Assembly (NCBI GenBank): GCA_017524405.1
Contig: JAFWSJ010000014.1
Span: 65,623-129,622, forward strand
DNA length: 64,000 nucleotides
Source: Candidatus Saccharimonadota bacterium
Lineage (GTDB): Bacteria > Patescibacteriota > Saccharimonadia > Saccharimonadales > Saccharimonadaceae
Reading direction: 5' to 3'
Of this stretch, positions 35,766-44,166 are shown in pieces. Below the pieces are notes generated by a model. It was not told the DNA's origin. It ran no database searches and saw nothing but the letters and a program-made list of their open reading frames with translations. The position numbers were made by a program, and so were the translations under genes. Each line of letters begins with the position of its first letter. The first letter of the stretch is position 1.

Positions 35766-37382
35766 ATGAAGCTGCGGAGGCCAGATAGAATTACCGTTTT
35801 CTCAGGTATTTCGGCGTTCTTGCTCTCCGCGACCTTTGCTATTGGCCCACTATTCACTGGAAACAGCTCAAAACTCGTTTGCGTTTTGAGCTTTTTGATG
35901 TATCTTCCAATTTTCTGGTTCGCAATCTATAAGCTCTACGGCTTTTTCGACAAACTCACCAAGCGCCGCGTTCGTAAGGTAGACCTGGCCAAAACACGCT
36001 TTTCGTTTAAAAACTTTTGGCTATTCTTCGCAATCATCATAATCCCGTCTATCCTTCTACTTTTAGCCTTCTGGCCGGGGCATTTCGGATATGACGTGGG
36101 CGGAGAATTGCTTGGAGAAGGCGTCTATTCCGACCATCATCCACTGATTCACGTGCTATGGCTTCACGGCATCGTAAGAATCGGCAATCTGCTAAATCTC
36201 AGCCCGAACTTGACGGTTGCTCTGATGTCGATTAGTCAGATTGTTCTTTGCGCCGCAATATATGCTTACATCTCCGAGTTTTTCTCGCGAATTACCTCTA
36301 GAAAATGCGGGATTTTTGTCGCATTACTTTTCGCATTACTTCCTGCGAGCAGCTTTGCGATGATTGCCATTACGAAGGATACCGTGCATGTGGCTATGTT
36401 CTGCTTGGTGGTCACCCTCGCATATCGCCTATTTTGCCTTAAATCGCCCGCTAAGCGAGACATTGTTGCATTTGTCGCGATTGCTGGGCTGTTTGGGGTT
36501 ACCCGTAATAATTCAATATATATCCTAGCTCTGTTCGGCATCTTTAGCTTCTTCCTACTCAAGAGGCATGCTCTGCGCAAGACGATGACGATTTGCGCAT
36601 TTTCGTCACTAGTAGTTGCCGTTATTCTGAATGCCGGTCTTGCGGCCTATGCGCATCCTTATAAGCTGCAAGCATCAGCAGCGTTTAGCCTGCCGCTCCA
36701 GCTCGTTGCCGGCACGGTCGACGCCCACCCAGAGCTTATCCCTGAAATCAATAGCGGAGAGAAGATCCTTGGGTTTTTCGAATATAGCTCCGATTTTAAC
36801 ACCTACGACTTCTTCAGCAAAGGCTCCGACGTTACAAAAAATAACAGCTACGCTAAGCAAATCGAGGGGCGCGAGTTCGAATTCCTGCTACTAACGGCCA
36901 GAACTGGCCTCAGATATCCGGCCGACTACCTGAGAGTATTCGGCGACCAGACGCTAAGTTCTTGGTATCCATTCTCCTACGACTATGCCTATTATTACTA
37001 TAAATTCGGTGGGCAACTCAACTTCAACGAGTCAACAACGCAGCAAACAGCGATGTTACCAAACGTCCAGGACAGCTCGAAAATCCCGTTCCTACGCGAT
37101 TTCCTTTCTTACGAATTCCGCGAACTGCACTATCGGGATAATCCGTTTTTGCTCTTCTTATGCGCTCCAGCAAGCTATGTTCTGGCTCTGCTCGTATTGG
37201 CTCTTTATCTCGCCTATCGCAAGGATAGGATTCTGTTCTTGGTCGCAAGCCTCGCCCTGTCATGCTACTTCGTTATCTTAATTGCTGCGCCGTGCATCCT
37301 AGTTCGATACATGCTACCGATCATGCTAGCCGTACCGCTTCTCTATCTATTGAAGCTTCGCTCTAGGGCTCGCATCTATTAG
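35766..37382 (+). CDS. large polytopic membrane protein, GT-C-like putative glycosyltransferase (paralog 2)
   Basis: 538 aa. Starts immediately after the stop of paralog 1 and is colinear with it. Confidence 0.6.
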   Translation: MKLRRPDRITVFSGISAFLLSATFAIGPLFTGNSSKLVCVLSFLMYLPIFWFAIYKLYGFFDKLTKRRVRKVDLAKTRFSFKNFWLFFAIIIIPSILLLLAFWPGHFGYDVGGELLGEGVYSDHHPLIHVLWLHGIVRIGNLLNLSPNLTVALMSISQIVLCAAIYAYISEFFSRITSRKCGIFVALLFALLPASSFAMIAITKDTVHVAMFCLVVTLAYRLFCLKSPAKRDIVAFVAIAGLFGVTRNNSIYILALFGIFSFFLLKRHALRKTMTICAFSSLVVAVILNAGLAAYAHPYKLQASAAFSLPLQLVAGTVDAHPELIPEINSGEKILGFFEYSSDFNTYDFFSKGSDVTKNNSYAKQIEGREFEFLLLTARTGLRYPADYLRVFGDQTLSSWYPFSYDYAYYYYKFGGQLNFNESTTQQTAMLPNVQDSSKIPFLRDFLSYEFRELHYRDNPFLLFLCAPASYVLALLVLALYLAYRKDRILFLVASLALSCYFVILIAAPCILVRYMLPIMLAVPLLYLLKLRSRARIY

Positions 37383-37452
37383 CCTTTTCATAACCGTTAT
37401 GTTTGACCGCAGTTTTAAGAGGTGGTATAACATAGGCAGATTGACTTGCTCA

Positions 37453-37475
37453 TAGTTCTTTAGAAAGAAGGTGAT
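37453..37475 (+). repeat. 23-nt leader element, copy 2 (identical to 15567-15589)
   Basis: TAGTTCTTTAGAAAGAAGGTGAT, 3 nt before ATG 37479. Confidence 0.9.
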
Positions 37476-37478
37476 AAG

Positions 37479-37934
37479 ATGGCAAAGAACTTTTTGGACA
37501 AAGCGAAGGAATTGTTTAGAGGAGACCAAAAATTGCATTTTGAGCCGAAGGATAATATCTCAAAAGACTGCCCTTCGGATTACAGGCAAACCATTACTTC
37601 CGTGGCAAAAGACATTAGGAGCTTTCTGGGGACTTATCTCGACGAACCAAACAATGAGCTTACTAGCGAAGAGCTTTCTGTTTACGTCAAAATCTCTGGC
37701 AATAACAGGACTCTTTATAGTTTGACGATACTCAGAAAACGCCAGAATATGTCCACCGACAACACGGTTTATAAGAATAGCAATACCCAGACACTCGGGA
37801 GAGGCAAAAACAGCTTTTCCTTCAAGATAAGTGTAGCTATTTTTATAAAAAACCGGAGCAAGCGTGGGATCGACCGCGCAGCAGGTCTTTACAGAAAACT
37901 CGAAGAGTATCTTGAGGCAAAGCACAGATGGTAG
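37479..37934 (+). CDS. hypothetical protein
   Basis: 151 aa. AAGGTG SD. TTGACC-N17-TATAAC at 37402-37430. Terminator hairpin ACCCACCTT...AAGGTGGGTTTTT at 37952-37979. Confidence 0.5.
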   Translation: MAKNFLDKAKELFRGDQKLHFEPKDNISKDCPSDYRQTITSVAKDIRSFLGTYLDEPNNELTSEELSVYVKISGNNRTLYSLTILRKRQNMSTDNTVYKNSNTQTLGRGKNSFSFKISVAIFIKNRSKRGIDRAAGLYRKLEEYLEAKHRW

Positions 37935-37986
37935 TCAATCTTATCCGCTAACCCACCTTTGTTTTGAAGGTGGGTTTTTCTTATCC

Positions 37987-38015
37987 TTGCAAAAATCGCC
38001 AAAATTAGGTATAAT
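37987..38015 (+). promoter_or_regulatory. promoter of rplK
   Basis: TTGCAA-N17-TATAAT. Confidence 0.65.
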
Positions 38016-38091
38016 TAACCCCGTTACGCACGATTATTAATCGTAATCGCCGGCGAAGCGCTTCAAAAGCCGGCAAAGGAAAATTAATAAA

Positions 38092-38517
38092 ATGGCAAAA
38101 CAGGTTATTGGCAACTTGAAGTTGCGCATCCCTGGCGGCAAAGCGACGGCTGGGCCTCCAGTAGGTAGCACCCTCGGTCAGTGGGGTCTTAATATGATGG
38201 ATTTCATTAACCCATTTAATGAAGCCACCAAGGAATACATGGGCAAGAATGTGATTGTTCACATCGCTGTCTATGATGACCGCACTTTTGACTGGAAATG
38301 CCTCGGTCAGCCTGTCGATGACTTGATCCGCGAAAAGATCAAGCTCGAAAAAGGCAGCGGCCGTCCAAACACTGAGAAAGTTGGTAAGATTACCATGGCT
38401 CAGATCAAGGAAATCGCCGCAGTCAAGAAAGATCAGCTCAACGCTATCGACGAAGCTGGCGCTTGCAAGATTATTGCTGGCACCGCACGCTCGATGGGCG
38501 TCGAAGTTGTCGAGTAA
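38092..38517 (+). CDS. rplK: 50S ribosomal protein L11
   Basis: 141 aa. IKLRIPGGKATAGPPVGSTLGQWGLNMMDF. Confidence 0.97.
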   Translation: MAKQVIGNLKLRIPGGKATAGPPVGSTLGQWGLNMMDFINPFNEATKEYMGKNVIVHIAVYDDRTFDWKCLGQPVDDLIREKIKLEKGSGRPNTEKVGKITMAQIKEIAAVKKDQLNAIDEAGACKIIAGTARSMGVEVVE

Positions 38518-38614
38518 GACACCGCAAACAGCACCCCTGGACAACAGGGGTGTTTTTTGTTATAATATCAAAATCTAGTTAGCTTCAAAAATTCATCAGA
38601 AAGGGGTGGTTTTT

Positions 38615-39511
38615 ATGAAAGGAAGGCTAATTGGTGCAGCTTTCATTATCGCGACGTTGGCGATTTTTTACTTTAACCTGAGAGAAATTCTTGCAATTAT
38701 CTTCCCTATTGTAGTGGTTCTCTACTTGGTAAAAGTAATGATCGACACTTATGTTAAGCCGTTTCAGATTGCAGCTTCCTATTCGTACGAATTCCCCCGT
38801 GCCGTGTGCGCGAACCTATGGCTCTCGATAGCCGCAACGGTATTCTGTATTTATTTTAGGAAGCTAATGCTCGGGGCTATGCCTCTCGACATACGAGATG
38901 ATTTCACGAATCTGTTCTTCTTCGCGTTACTTCTTTGTATGGCCGAGATATTAGTCATATCGAGCGAGATGCCGTTTCGGGTAAACTCTAAAGCATGCAA
39001 ACCGCATGGAGCATGGCTGGCGCAAATAATGTTCCTCTTCTTCGCCGCCATCTTCTGTATGTTGCTGAGGAGGCAAGAGATGCTATTCGTCGTAATAGTA
39101 TGCTCTCTATCTGACACGGGTGCCTTTACTGCCGGAAAGTTATTCGGCAAGCACAGGGCAAAATTTTCCGCTAGCATCTCGCCAAACAAGACTATAGAAG
39201 GATATGTCGGCGGAATTATATTCACGCTGATAGCAATTCCGGTGGCGCTATTGCTCAGAATAGCGATTACCCCTGGGTTGATCCTCTACTTGATTTTAGG
39301 CGGCTTGACAGCAGAGATCGGCGACCTGCTTGGTTCCGCGACCAAGCGGCAGTTGTCGATAAAAGACAGCGGAGATGGCTTGCGCGATAAGTTCATCTTC
39401 GACGGACTCGAGTATCCGATTCGCGGGCATGGCGGATACTTGGATCGTATAGACTCGATATCTCTTAATATCATTCTATACGCTGCTATTCTTGGAGCGC
39501 CGCAGCTTTAA
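38615..39511 (+). CDS. cdsA: phosphatidate cytidylyltransferase
   Basis: SDTGAFTAGKLFGKHR, ISPNKTIEGYVGG and GHGGYLDRIDS signatures. ATG 38615 lies 5 nt after GAAAGGGGTGG. Confidence 0.85.
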   Translation: MKGRLIGAAFIIATLAIFYFNLREILAIIFPIVVVLYLVKVMIDTYVKPFQIAASYSYEFPRAVCANLWLSIAATVFCIYFRKLMLGAMPLDIRDDFTNLFFFALLLCMAEILVISSEMPFRVNSKACKPHGAWLAQIMFLFFAAIFCMLLRRQEMLFVVIVCSLSDTGAFTAGKLFGKHRAKFSASISPNKTIEGYVGGIIFTLIAIPVALLLRIAITPGLILYLILGGLTAEIGDLLGSATKRQLSIKDSGDGLRDKFIFDGLEYPIRGHGGYLDRIDSISLNIILYAAILGAPQL

Positions 39512-39524
39512 TGCGGCGCTTTTT
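39496..39524 (+). terminator. intrinsic terminator overlapping the cdsA stop
   Basis: AGCGCCGCA-GCTTTAA-TGCGGCGCT followed by TTTT. Confidence 0.7.
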
Positions 39525-39531
39525 CTTGCTC

Positions 39532-39560
39532 TTGACTATCAGGGGTAGATTTAGTATACT
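39532..39560 (+). promoter_or_regulatory. own promoter of rplA
   Basis: TTGACT-N17-TATACT. The 60-nt leader contains UCGGGAGGCGAUGAGCCG. Confidence 0.6.
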
Positions 39561-39620
39561 AGAACAAGTTAAATTTAAGGTCGGGAGGCGATGAGCCGTT
39601 TGTACCGCGAAAGGAATTTC

Positions 39621-40550
39621 ATGGCAACTAAGAAAGATGCCGAAAAACTTGAGACTCCAGAGGTCGAGACCCCTGTAGTCGAAGAAGCTCCAGTTGAAAC
39701 TGAAGCTCCAGCAGAAGACGAAAAATTCGCAAAAGCTGGCAAAAAATCTAAGAAGCACGTAGAGGAAGCCAAGGCTGAGGAAGAGCGCCAGGCTCGCAAG
39801 GCCGAGAAGGCTGCTGAGCCAGAGAAGAAAGTTGGTCCAAAGCCAGTTACTCGCACTCGCCTCGAACGCCGCGGCAAGAACTACCGCAAGGCTGTCGAGA
39901 AGATCGAAAAAGGCAAGGTCTATAACCTCACTGACGCTATCAAGCTCGCTATCGAGACTAGTCCAGTCAAGTTCGACGCTACTGTTGAGATGCATTTCCG
40001 CCTTGGCGTAGATCCACGCCAAGCTGATCAGAACATCCGCGCTACGGTCACCCTTCCAGCTGGTACTGGTAAGACTGTCCGCGTCGCCGTCTTTGCTCCA
40101 CTCGATCTCGCCAAGGCCGCTAAGGCTGCTGGCGCAGACATCGCAGAGGACGAAGAGTTCACCAAGCGCCTCGATAAAGAACAGCTCGATTTCGACGTTC
40201 TTATCTCTACCCCACAGTACATGCCAAAGCTCGGTAAGTACGCTCGTCTCCTTGGTCCAAAGGGCCTCATGCCAAATCCAAAGGCTGGCACTGTTACGAC
40301 CGACATCGAGAAGGCTGTCAAGGAAGCTAAGGCTGGTAAGATTGAATACCGCGTCGACAAGCAGGCCATCATCCACGTTGGTCTTGGCAAGGTCAGCTTC
40401 GGCGCTGACAAGATTGCTGAGAACGTTAACGCGTTCATCGAAAGCCTCAAGAGCCAGAAGCCTGCATCCATCAAGGGTCAGTATGTGAAGTCCGTCTTCA
40501 TTAGCACCACGATGGGTCCAAGCATCCAGGTCGAAAACAACTACAACTAA
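39621..40550 (+). CDS. rplA: 50S ribosomal protein L1 with a roughly 80-aa charged N-terminal extension
   Basis: ATG 39621 follows AAGGAA. The L1 core starts near RRGKNYRKAVEKIEKGKVYNL. The first ~80 aa are Glu/Lys/Ala/Pro-rich, and there is no internal start codon before the core. Confidence 0.93.
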   Translation: MATKKDAEKLETPEVETPVVEEAPVETEAPAEDEKFAKAGKKSKKHVEEAKAEEERQARKAEKAAEPEKKVGPKPVTRTRLERRGKNYRKAVEKIEKGKVYNLTDAIKLAIETSPVKFDATVEMHFRLGVDPRQADQNIRATVTLPAGTGKTVRVAVFAPLDLAKAAKAAGADIAEDEEFTKRLDKEQLDFDVLISTPQYMPKLGKYARLLGPKGLMPNPKAGTVTTDIEKAVKEAKAGKIEYRVDKQAIIHVGLGKVSFGADKIAENVNAFIESLKSQKPASIKGQYVKSVFISTTMGPSIQVENNYN

Positions 40551-40604
40551 TCTAGTTAAATCAAAAAAGTTCCGGTGTAATGCCGGAACTTTTTGTTTGG
40601 CTAA

Positions 40605-41513
40605 CTATAAGTTTGCGTCTTCTTCTACACAGGTAAGATCGCGCTCGGTAACGCCAGTTTTAGCGTCGCTTCCGACGAGATACTGGTAGTTCTTGATAAA
40701 GTTGCGTTGTTCGAGAGTAAGATCCTTGCAGGCTGGTGCGATCAAAGTGCTATCGTTATAGCCGAGGAGCTCAGTCCATTCGGAGTCCTTCTCCGCCTTG
40801 CGGTACCAGGTACCGGCATACCATGCGCCATCCATGCCTTCAATGTTGGTATTAATCATGGCGAAGTAGTACTTGTTGTCCTTTGTAAGGCCACTAGCGC
40901 GAACAACAAAGGATTCCTCAGGAGACGAGACGACGAGGCTCTCGAGGCTATCGAGGTCGATGTCGTCGGCAGACGGCTTGGCCGGTTCCTCTGGCTTTTC
41001 GGCTGGTTTGTTCGGCGTAATAGGCTTGGTCTGGCTAGAAGTAATCGTGCGGCCAAGAATATTGGTCGTGCCGTCGACGAAGAAGAGATAGCAGAGACCG
41101 CCACAGCCAGCGATAGCGAGCAATGCAAACAAGATAGTAGCAACCTTCCAACCGGCGCCGCCTTTGCATTCCTTTTTGGCTTTTGGCTCCTTGACGGAGT
41201 CAATCGTCATGATTGGGTCTTCTTTCTCTGGTTCTTCAACCGGTTCGTCGAGCTTAAACTCAGGCTTCTCTTCTGGCTCTTCGGCTGGGATATCTTCCTT
41301 GAACTCTTCTTTTGGCTCTTCGATTTTTTCTTCAGGCATAGAATCCTCGACTTCGCTGCTCTCGAGTTCTTCGATTGCATCTTCGAGTTCTTCGTTCTCA
41401 GTCTTTTCAGTTTCTGCTGGAGATTCGTCTTTCATCCCACCGAAACTGTGAAGTTCGCTAGCATCATGACTCTCTTCATTAGAGCGGTCAAAGCTGTTTT
41501 CTTCGTCGTTCAT
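40605..41513 (-). CDS. hypothetical single-pass membrane protein with an acidic N-terminal region
   Basis: 302 aa. Glu-rich N-terminus, one TM helix (WKVATILFALLAIAGCGGLCYLFFV) and a C-terminal domain. TGCTAAAAT and AAGGAG upstream. Confidence 0.55.
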   Translation of the reverse strand: MNDEENSFDRSNEESHDASELHSFGGMKDESPAETEKTENEELEDAIEELESSEVEDSMPEEKIEEPKEEFKEDIPAEEPEEKPEFKLDEPVEEPEKEDPIMTIDSVKEPKAKKECKGGAGWKVATILFALLAIAGCGGLCYLFFVDGTTNILGRTITSSQTKPITPNKPAEKPEEPAKPSADDIDLDSLESLVVSSPEESFVVRASGLTKDNKYYFAMINTNIEGMDGAWYAGTWYRKAEKDSEWTELLGYNDSTLIAPACKDLTLEQRNFIKNYQYLVGSDAKTGVTERDLTCVEEDANL

Positions 41514-41583
41514 TATTAATAATTCTCCTTATGCTTAATATTTTAGCATAAAAAATACGCCCCGCAAGAGGCGATGGGCGTAT

Positions 41584-41793
41584 TTAGCGTTTCTTTTCCT
41601 TGACTTCGTTGCGGCCGAGGTTCTTCTTCGTCTCGGTGAAGACAACGTGCTTGCGAAGTACTGGATCGTACTTGCGAAGGCTGAGTTTGTCAGGGGTGTT
41701 CATGGTGTTCTTCTTCGTATAATAAAGGCGAATACCAGATTCCTCAGAAACTAAACCGACAAGCTTGCGCTTGGTATTATTTTTCTTTGCCAT
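41584..41793 (-). CDS. rpmG: 50S ribosomal protein L33 (Cys-less form)
   Basis: Start at [29 protein letters not shown]...[22 protein letters not shown]33 pattern without CxxC pairs. Confidence 0.85.
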   Translation of the reverse strand: MAKKNNTKRKLVGLVSEESGIRLYYTKKNTMNTPDKLSLRKYDPVLRKHVVFTETKKNLGRNEVKEKKR

Positions 41794-41843
41794 ACTGTTC
41801 GCTATTTTATCACAAATATTATTTTCTTGCAACAGATAGCTAG

Positions 41844-41861
41844 TGATACAATATAAGCATG
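41844..41861 (+). promoter_or_regulatory. extended -10 box 6 nt from the ATG (predicted leaderless trxA-trxB mRNA)
   Basis: TGATACAAT-ATAAGC-ATG. Confidence 0.55.
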
Positions 41862-42161
41862 AATATCACTAGCGAAGAATTCGACAAAGAAGTCCTAAGC
41901 TGCGACAAACCTGTCGTCGTAGATTTTAACGCGACTTGGTGCCCACCATGCCAGGCTTTGCATCCGATTCTCGAGGAGCTCGCCACAGAGAGCGACGAGT
42001 ACAAGGTGGTATTTGTCGATATTGACGAAGACCCAATTCTGGCAACCGAATACCGCGTTTCGTCGATTCCGTGCCTAGTGTTTTTCAAGAATGGCGAAGA
42101 ATATGAGCGCCGCGTAGGACTTACGCCGAAGAAGCGCATTAAGAAGATTTTGGAGGCCTAA
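41859..42161 (+). CDS. trxA: thioredoxin
   Basis: 100 aa. WCPPCQ active site. Confidence 0.93.
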   Translation: MNITSEEFDKEVLSCDKPVVVDFNATWCPPCQALHPILEELATESDEYKVVFVDIDEDPILATEYRVSSIPCLVFFKNGEEYERRVGLTPKKRIKKILEA

Positions 42162-43045
42162 TGTACGATATTTTGATTATTGGTGGCGGTCCCGCAGGAC
42201 TTACTGCCGCGATTTATGCTTGCCGTGCCGGCAAGAAATGTTTGGTGCTAGAAGCGACCGCTTGCGGTGGCCAGATTCTCAATACCGACAAGATTACGAA
42301 CTATCCGGCAGTAGCGTCCGTTTCTGGCCCAGAGCTGGCGCAAAACATGCAGCAACAGGTTCTCGACCTCGGCGCCGAGATCGAGTTCGATAAGGCCACG
42401 ATGATTACCGCAATTAATGGCGGCTTCTCCGTTAAGGGTGAAGATGGCGAATATTCCGCCAAGTCGGTCATTATTGCTGCCGGCACTTCCCCGCGCAAAC
42501 TTGGCCTCGCCCGCGAGGACGAATTCATCGGGAAAGGCGTTTCCTACTGCACGACCTGCGATGGCGCATTCTACAAAGGTAAGACGGTCGCAATTTACGG
42601 CGGCGGTTTCTCGGCTGCCTACGGCGCGCTCTACCTAGCAGATATCGCAGATAAGGTTTATCTCGTCCATCATCATGACGAACTCCGCGCAACCGGCGGC
42701 GTCATCGATGCAATTAACGCAAATCCAAAGATCGAAATGGTTCTCGGCTCGGATATCGCCGAGCTCGAAGGCTCCGAAAAACTCACCGGCATCACGCTTG
42801 CCGATGGCCGTTCGCTAGAGGTAGACGCACTATTTGTCTCAATTGGCCGCGTGCCGCATTGCGATTTCTGCATTGATCTAAAGCTCGACGACGAAGGCTA
42901 TATCGTCGCAAATGAAAGCTGCGAAACGAACATTCCGGGTATCTTTGTTGCTGGCGACGTACGCACAAAAGCGCTACGCCAGATTGTCACCGCGACCGCC
43001 GATGGCGCAGCCGCCGCCGAGGCCGCAATCCGGTTCTTGAATTAA
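42161..43045 (+). CDS. trxB: thioredoxin-disulfide reductase
   Basis: 294 aa. GGGPAGLTAAIYA FAD motif, CTTCDG redox-active pair and a second dinucleotide motif GGGFSAAYGA. Confidence 0.95.
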   Translation: MYDILIIGGGPAGLTAAIYACRAGKKCLVLEATACGGQILNTDKITNYPAVASVSGPELAQNMQQQVLDLGAEIEFDKATMITAINGGFSVKGEDGEYSAKSVIIAAGTSPRKLGLAREDEFIGKGVSYCTTCDGAFYKGKTVAIYGGGFSAAYGALYLADIADKVYLVHHHDELRATGGVIDAINANPKIEMVLGSDIAELEGSEKLTGITLADGRSLEVDALFVSIGRVPHCDFCIDLKLDDEGYIVANESCETNIPGIFVAGDVRTKALRQIVTATADGAAAAEAAIRFLN

Positions 43046-43077
43046 CCTGAAGTTTATGCTAATATAATCAACAGGTT

Positions 43078-43152
<75 letters not shown>

Positions 43153-43172
43153 TTTTTGTTGCCTCGCCTTTG

Positions 43173-43201
43173 TTGACTTTGTGCTAATTTTGTGCTATAA
43201 T
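43173..43201 (+). promoter_or_regulatory. consensus promoter for the 43293 gene
   Basis: TTGACT-N17-TATAAT with TGC before the -10. Confidence 0.7.
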
Positions 43202-43219
43202 TATAAGACACGCACTATT

Positions 43220-43266
43220 TGGCTGGCACCTTAAAAACTCAAGAAAAGAGGAGTTTTTGCCAGCCA
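43220..43266 (+). promoter_or_regulatory. 47-nt two-tier hairpin in the 5' leader
   Basis: TGGCTGGC/GCCAGCCA (8 bp), a 5-nt bulge, AAAAACTC/GAGTTTTT (8 bp) and loop AAGAAAAGAG. Flanked by direct repeats ACACGCAC at 43208 and 43272. Confidence 0.6.
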
Positions 43267-43292
43267 TAAAAACACGCACATAGGAGGTTTTT

Positions 43293-43829
43293 ATGGACAA
43301 AAATGATTCGTTTTCAAACATTGCCGCACTTTACAGCAAAGCTGCTGGAACGGAGTTCGTCTTCGACGGCGACCACATGCCACCTACAGATGAGCAGCTC
43401 AGAATGCTGAAGGCCGCGCTGGCCTACCGCCTGACTTCAGATCAGTTTTACGTTATCGTAAAACATTTTGGTCTTGAAGGCGGCCCGAGGATTAGTATCG
43501 AGAATATAGCTCTCCTCGGCCGAGATTCGTGGGAAGTCTACTGTGATGCGATGAATGCGCTCGGGAGAAATCCCCTTCCGCCATTTCCTATCACGACCAT
43601 CGACGAGGAAGTCGCGCATAAACTCGGGTCCGACGAAAGCATTAAGCACCTCGGTCTAAGTACCCGCACCCTCAATGCACTGTTCCGCTCCAACATATAT
43701 ACAATTGAGGATTTGCTAAGAGTCGAGAGAGGAAAACGATTTTTCTGTAGAAATTTTGGCGATGGGAGCCGCAAAGAACTTGAGGCGGCAATGGCAAAAG
43801 CCGGCTACGCAAATTTTTCCGCACGCTGA
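43293..43829 (+). CDS. putative transcription factor: sigma-70 region-4-like HTH fused to an RNA polymerase alpha-CTD-like HhH domain
   Basis: 178 aa. LTSDQFYVIVKHFGLEGGPRISIENIALLG resembles sigma region 4. LGLSTRTLNALFRSNIYTIEDLL...NFGDGSRKELEAAMAKAGY resembles alpha-CTD. Confidence 0.55.
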   Translation: MDKNDSFSNIAALYSKAAGTEFVFDGDHMPPTDEQLRMLKAALAYRLTSDQFYVIVKHFGLEGGPRISIENIALLGRDSWEVYCDAMNALGRNPLPPFPITTIDEEVAHKLGSDESIKHLGLSTRTLNALFRSNIYTIEDLLRVERGKRFFCRNFGDGSRKELEAAMAKAGYANFSAR

Positions 43830-43869
43830 TATCTCTTTTCGAGAGGATAGCCCTCGGCTTCGGCCGGGG

Positions 43870-44100
43870 CTATTTTTTATCTTTCGCAAACGCCTTGAAG
43901 CAAAAGAAGACGAGCGTGATGAGCACTGCGAATGCGAGTGGCTCAATAATATAATCTTGCACGGTGTAATGGAATTCGGAGTGAGTGATGACGCCAGCCC
44001 AGAAGAGATCGAGGAGCGGCCAGATAATCATCGCGGCGACCGCGCTGATTGCCCAAAATACTAAGATTTGTAGATACTTGTTTCCAATTTTCTTTGCCAT
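43870..44100 (-). CDS. small hypothetical 2-TM protein
   Basis: 76 aa with two hydrophobic helices. The promoter is 6 nt from the ATG. Confidence 0.5.
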   Translation of the reverse strand: MAKKIGNKYLQILVFWAISAVAAMIIWPLLDLFWAGVITHSEFHYTVQDYIIEPLAFAVLITLVFFCFKAFAKDKK

Positions 44101-44115
44101 AGGGATATTTTAGCA
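44098..44115 (-). promoter_or_regulatory. extended -10 box 6 nt from the ATG (predicted leaderless)
   Basis: Minus strand reads TGCTAAAAT-ATCCCT-ATG. Confidence 0.55.
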
Positions 44116-44166
44116 CAACAGAAAGGCCCCCTCTTAGAGGGAGCCTAACTAGGTGGAGGTCATGAC

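Noticed and set aside
38005-38544. 179-aa minus-strand ORF
   Set aside because: It is antisense to rplK.
39486-40376. 296-aa minus-strand ORF
   Set aside because: It is antisense to rplA. It is low-complexity and has no start signals.
40707-41519. 270-aa + strand ORF overlapping the 40605-41513 gene
   Set aside because: The minus-strand frame has a TGCTAAAAT box, an AAGGAG SD and a plausible acidic-TM-ectodomain architecture. The + strand frame has none of these and reads as Phe/Leu-rich repeats.
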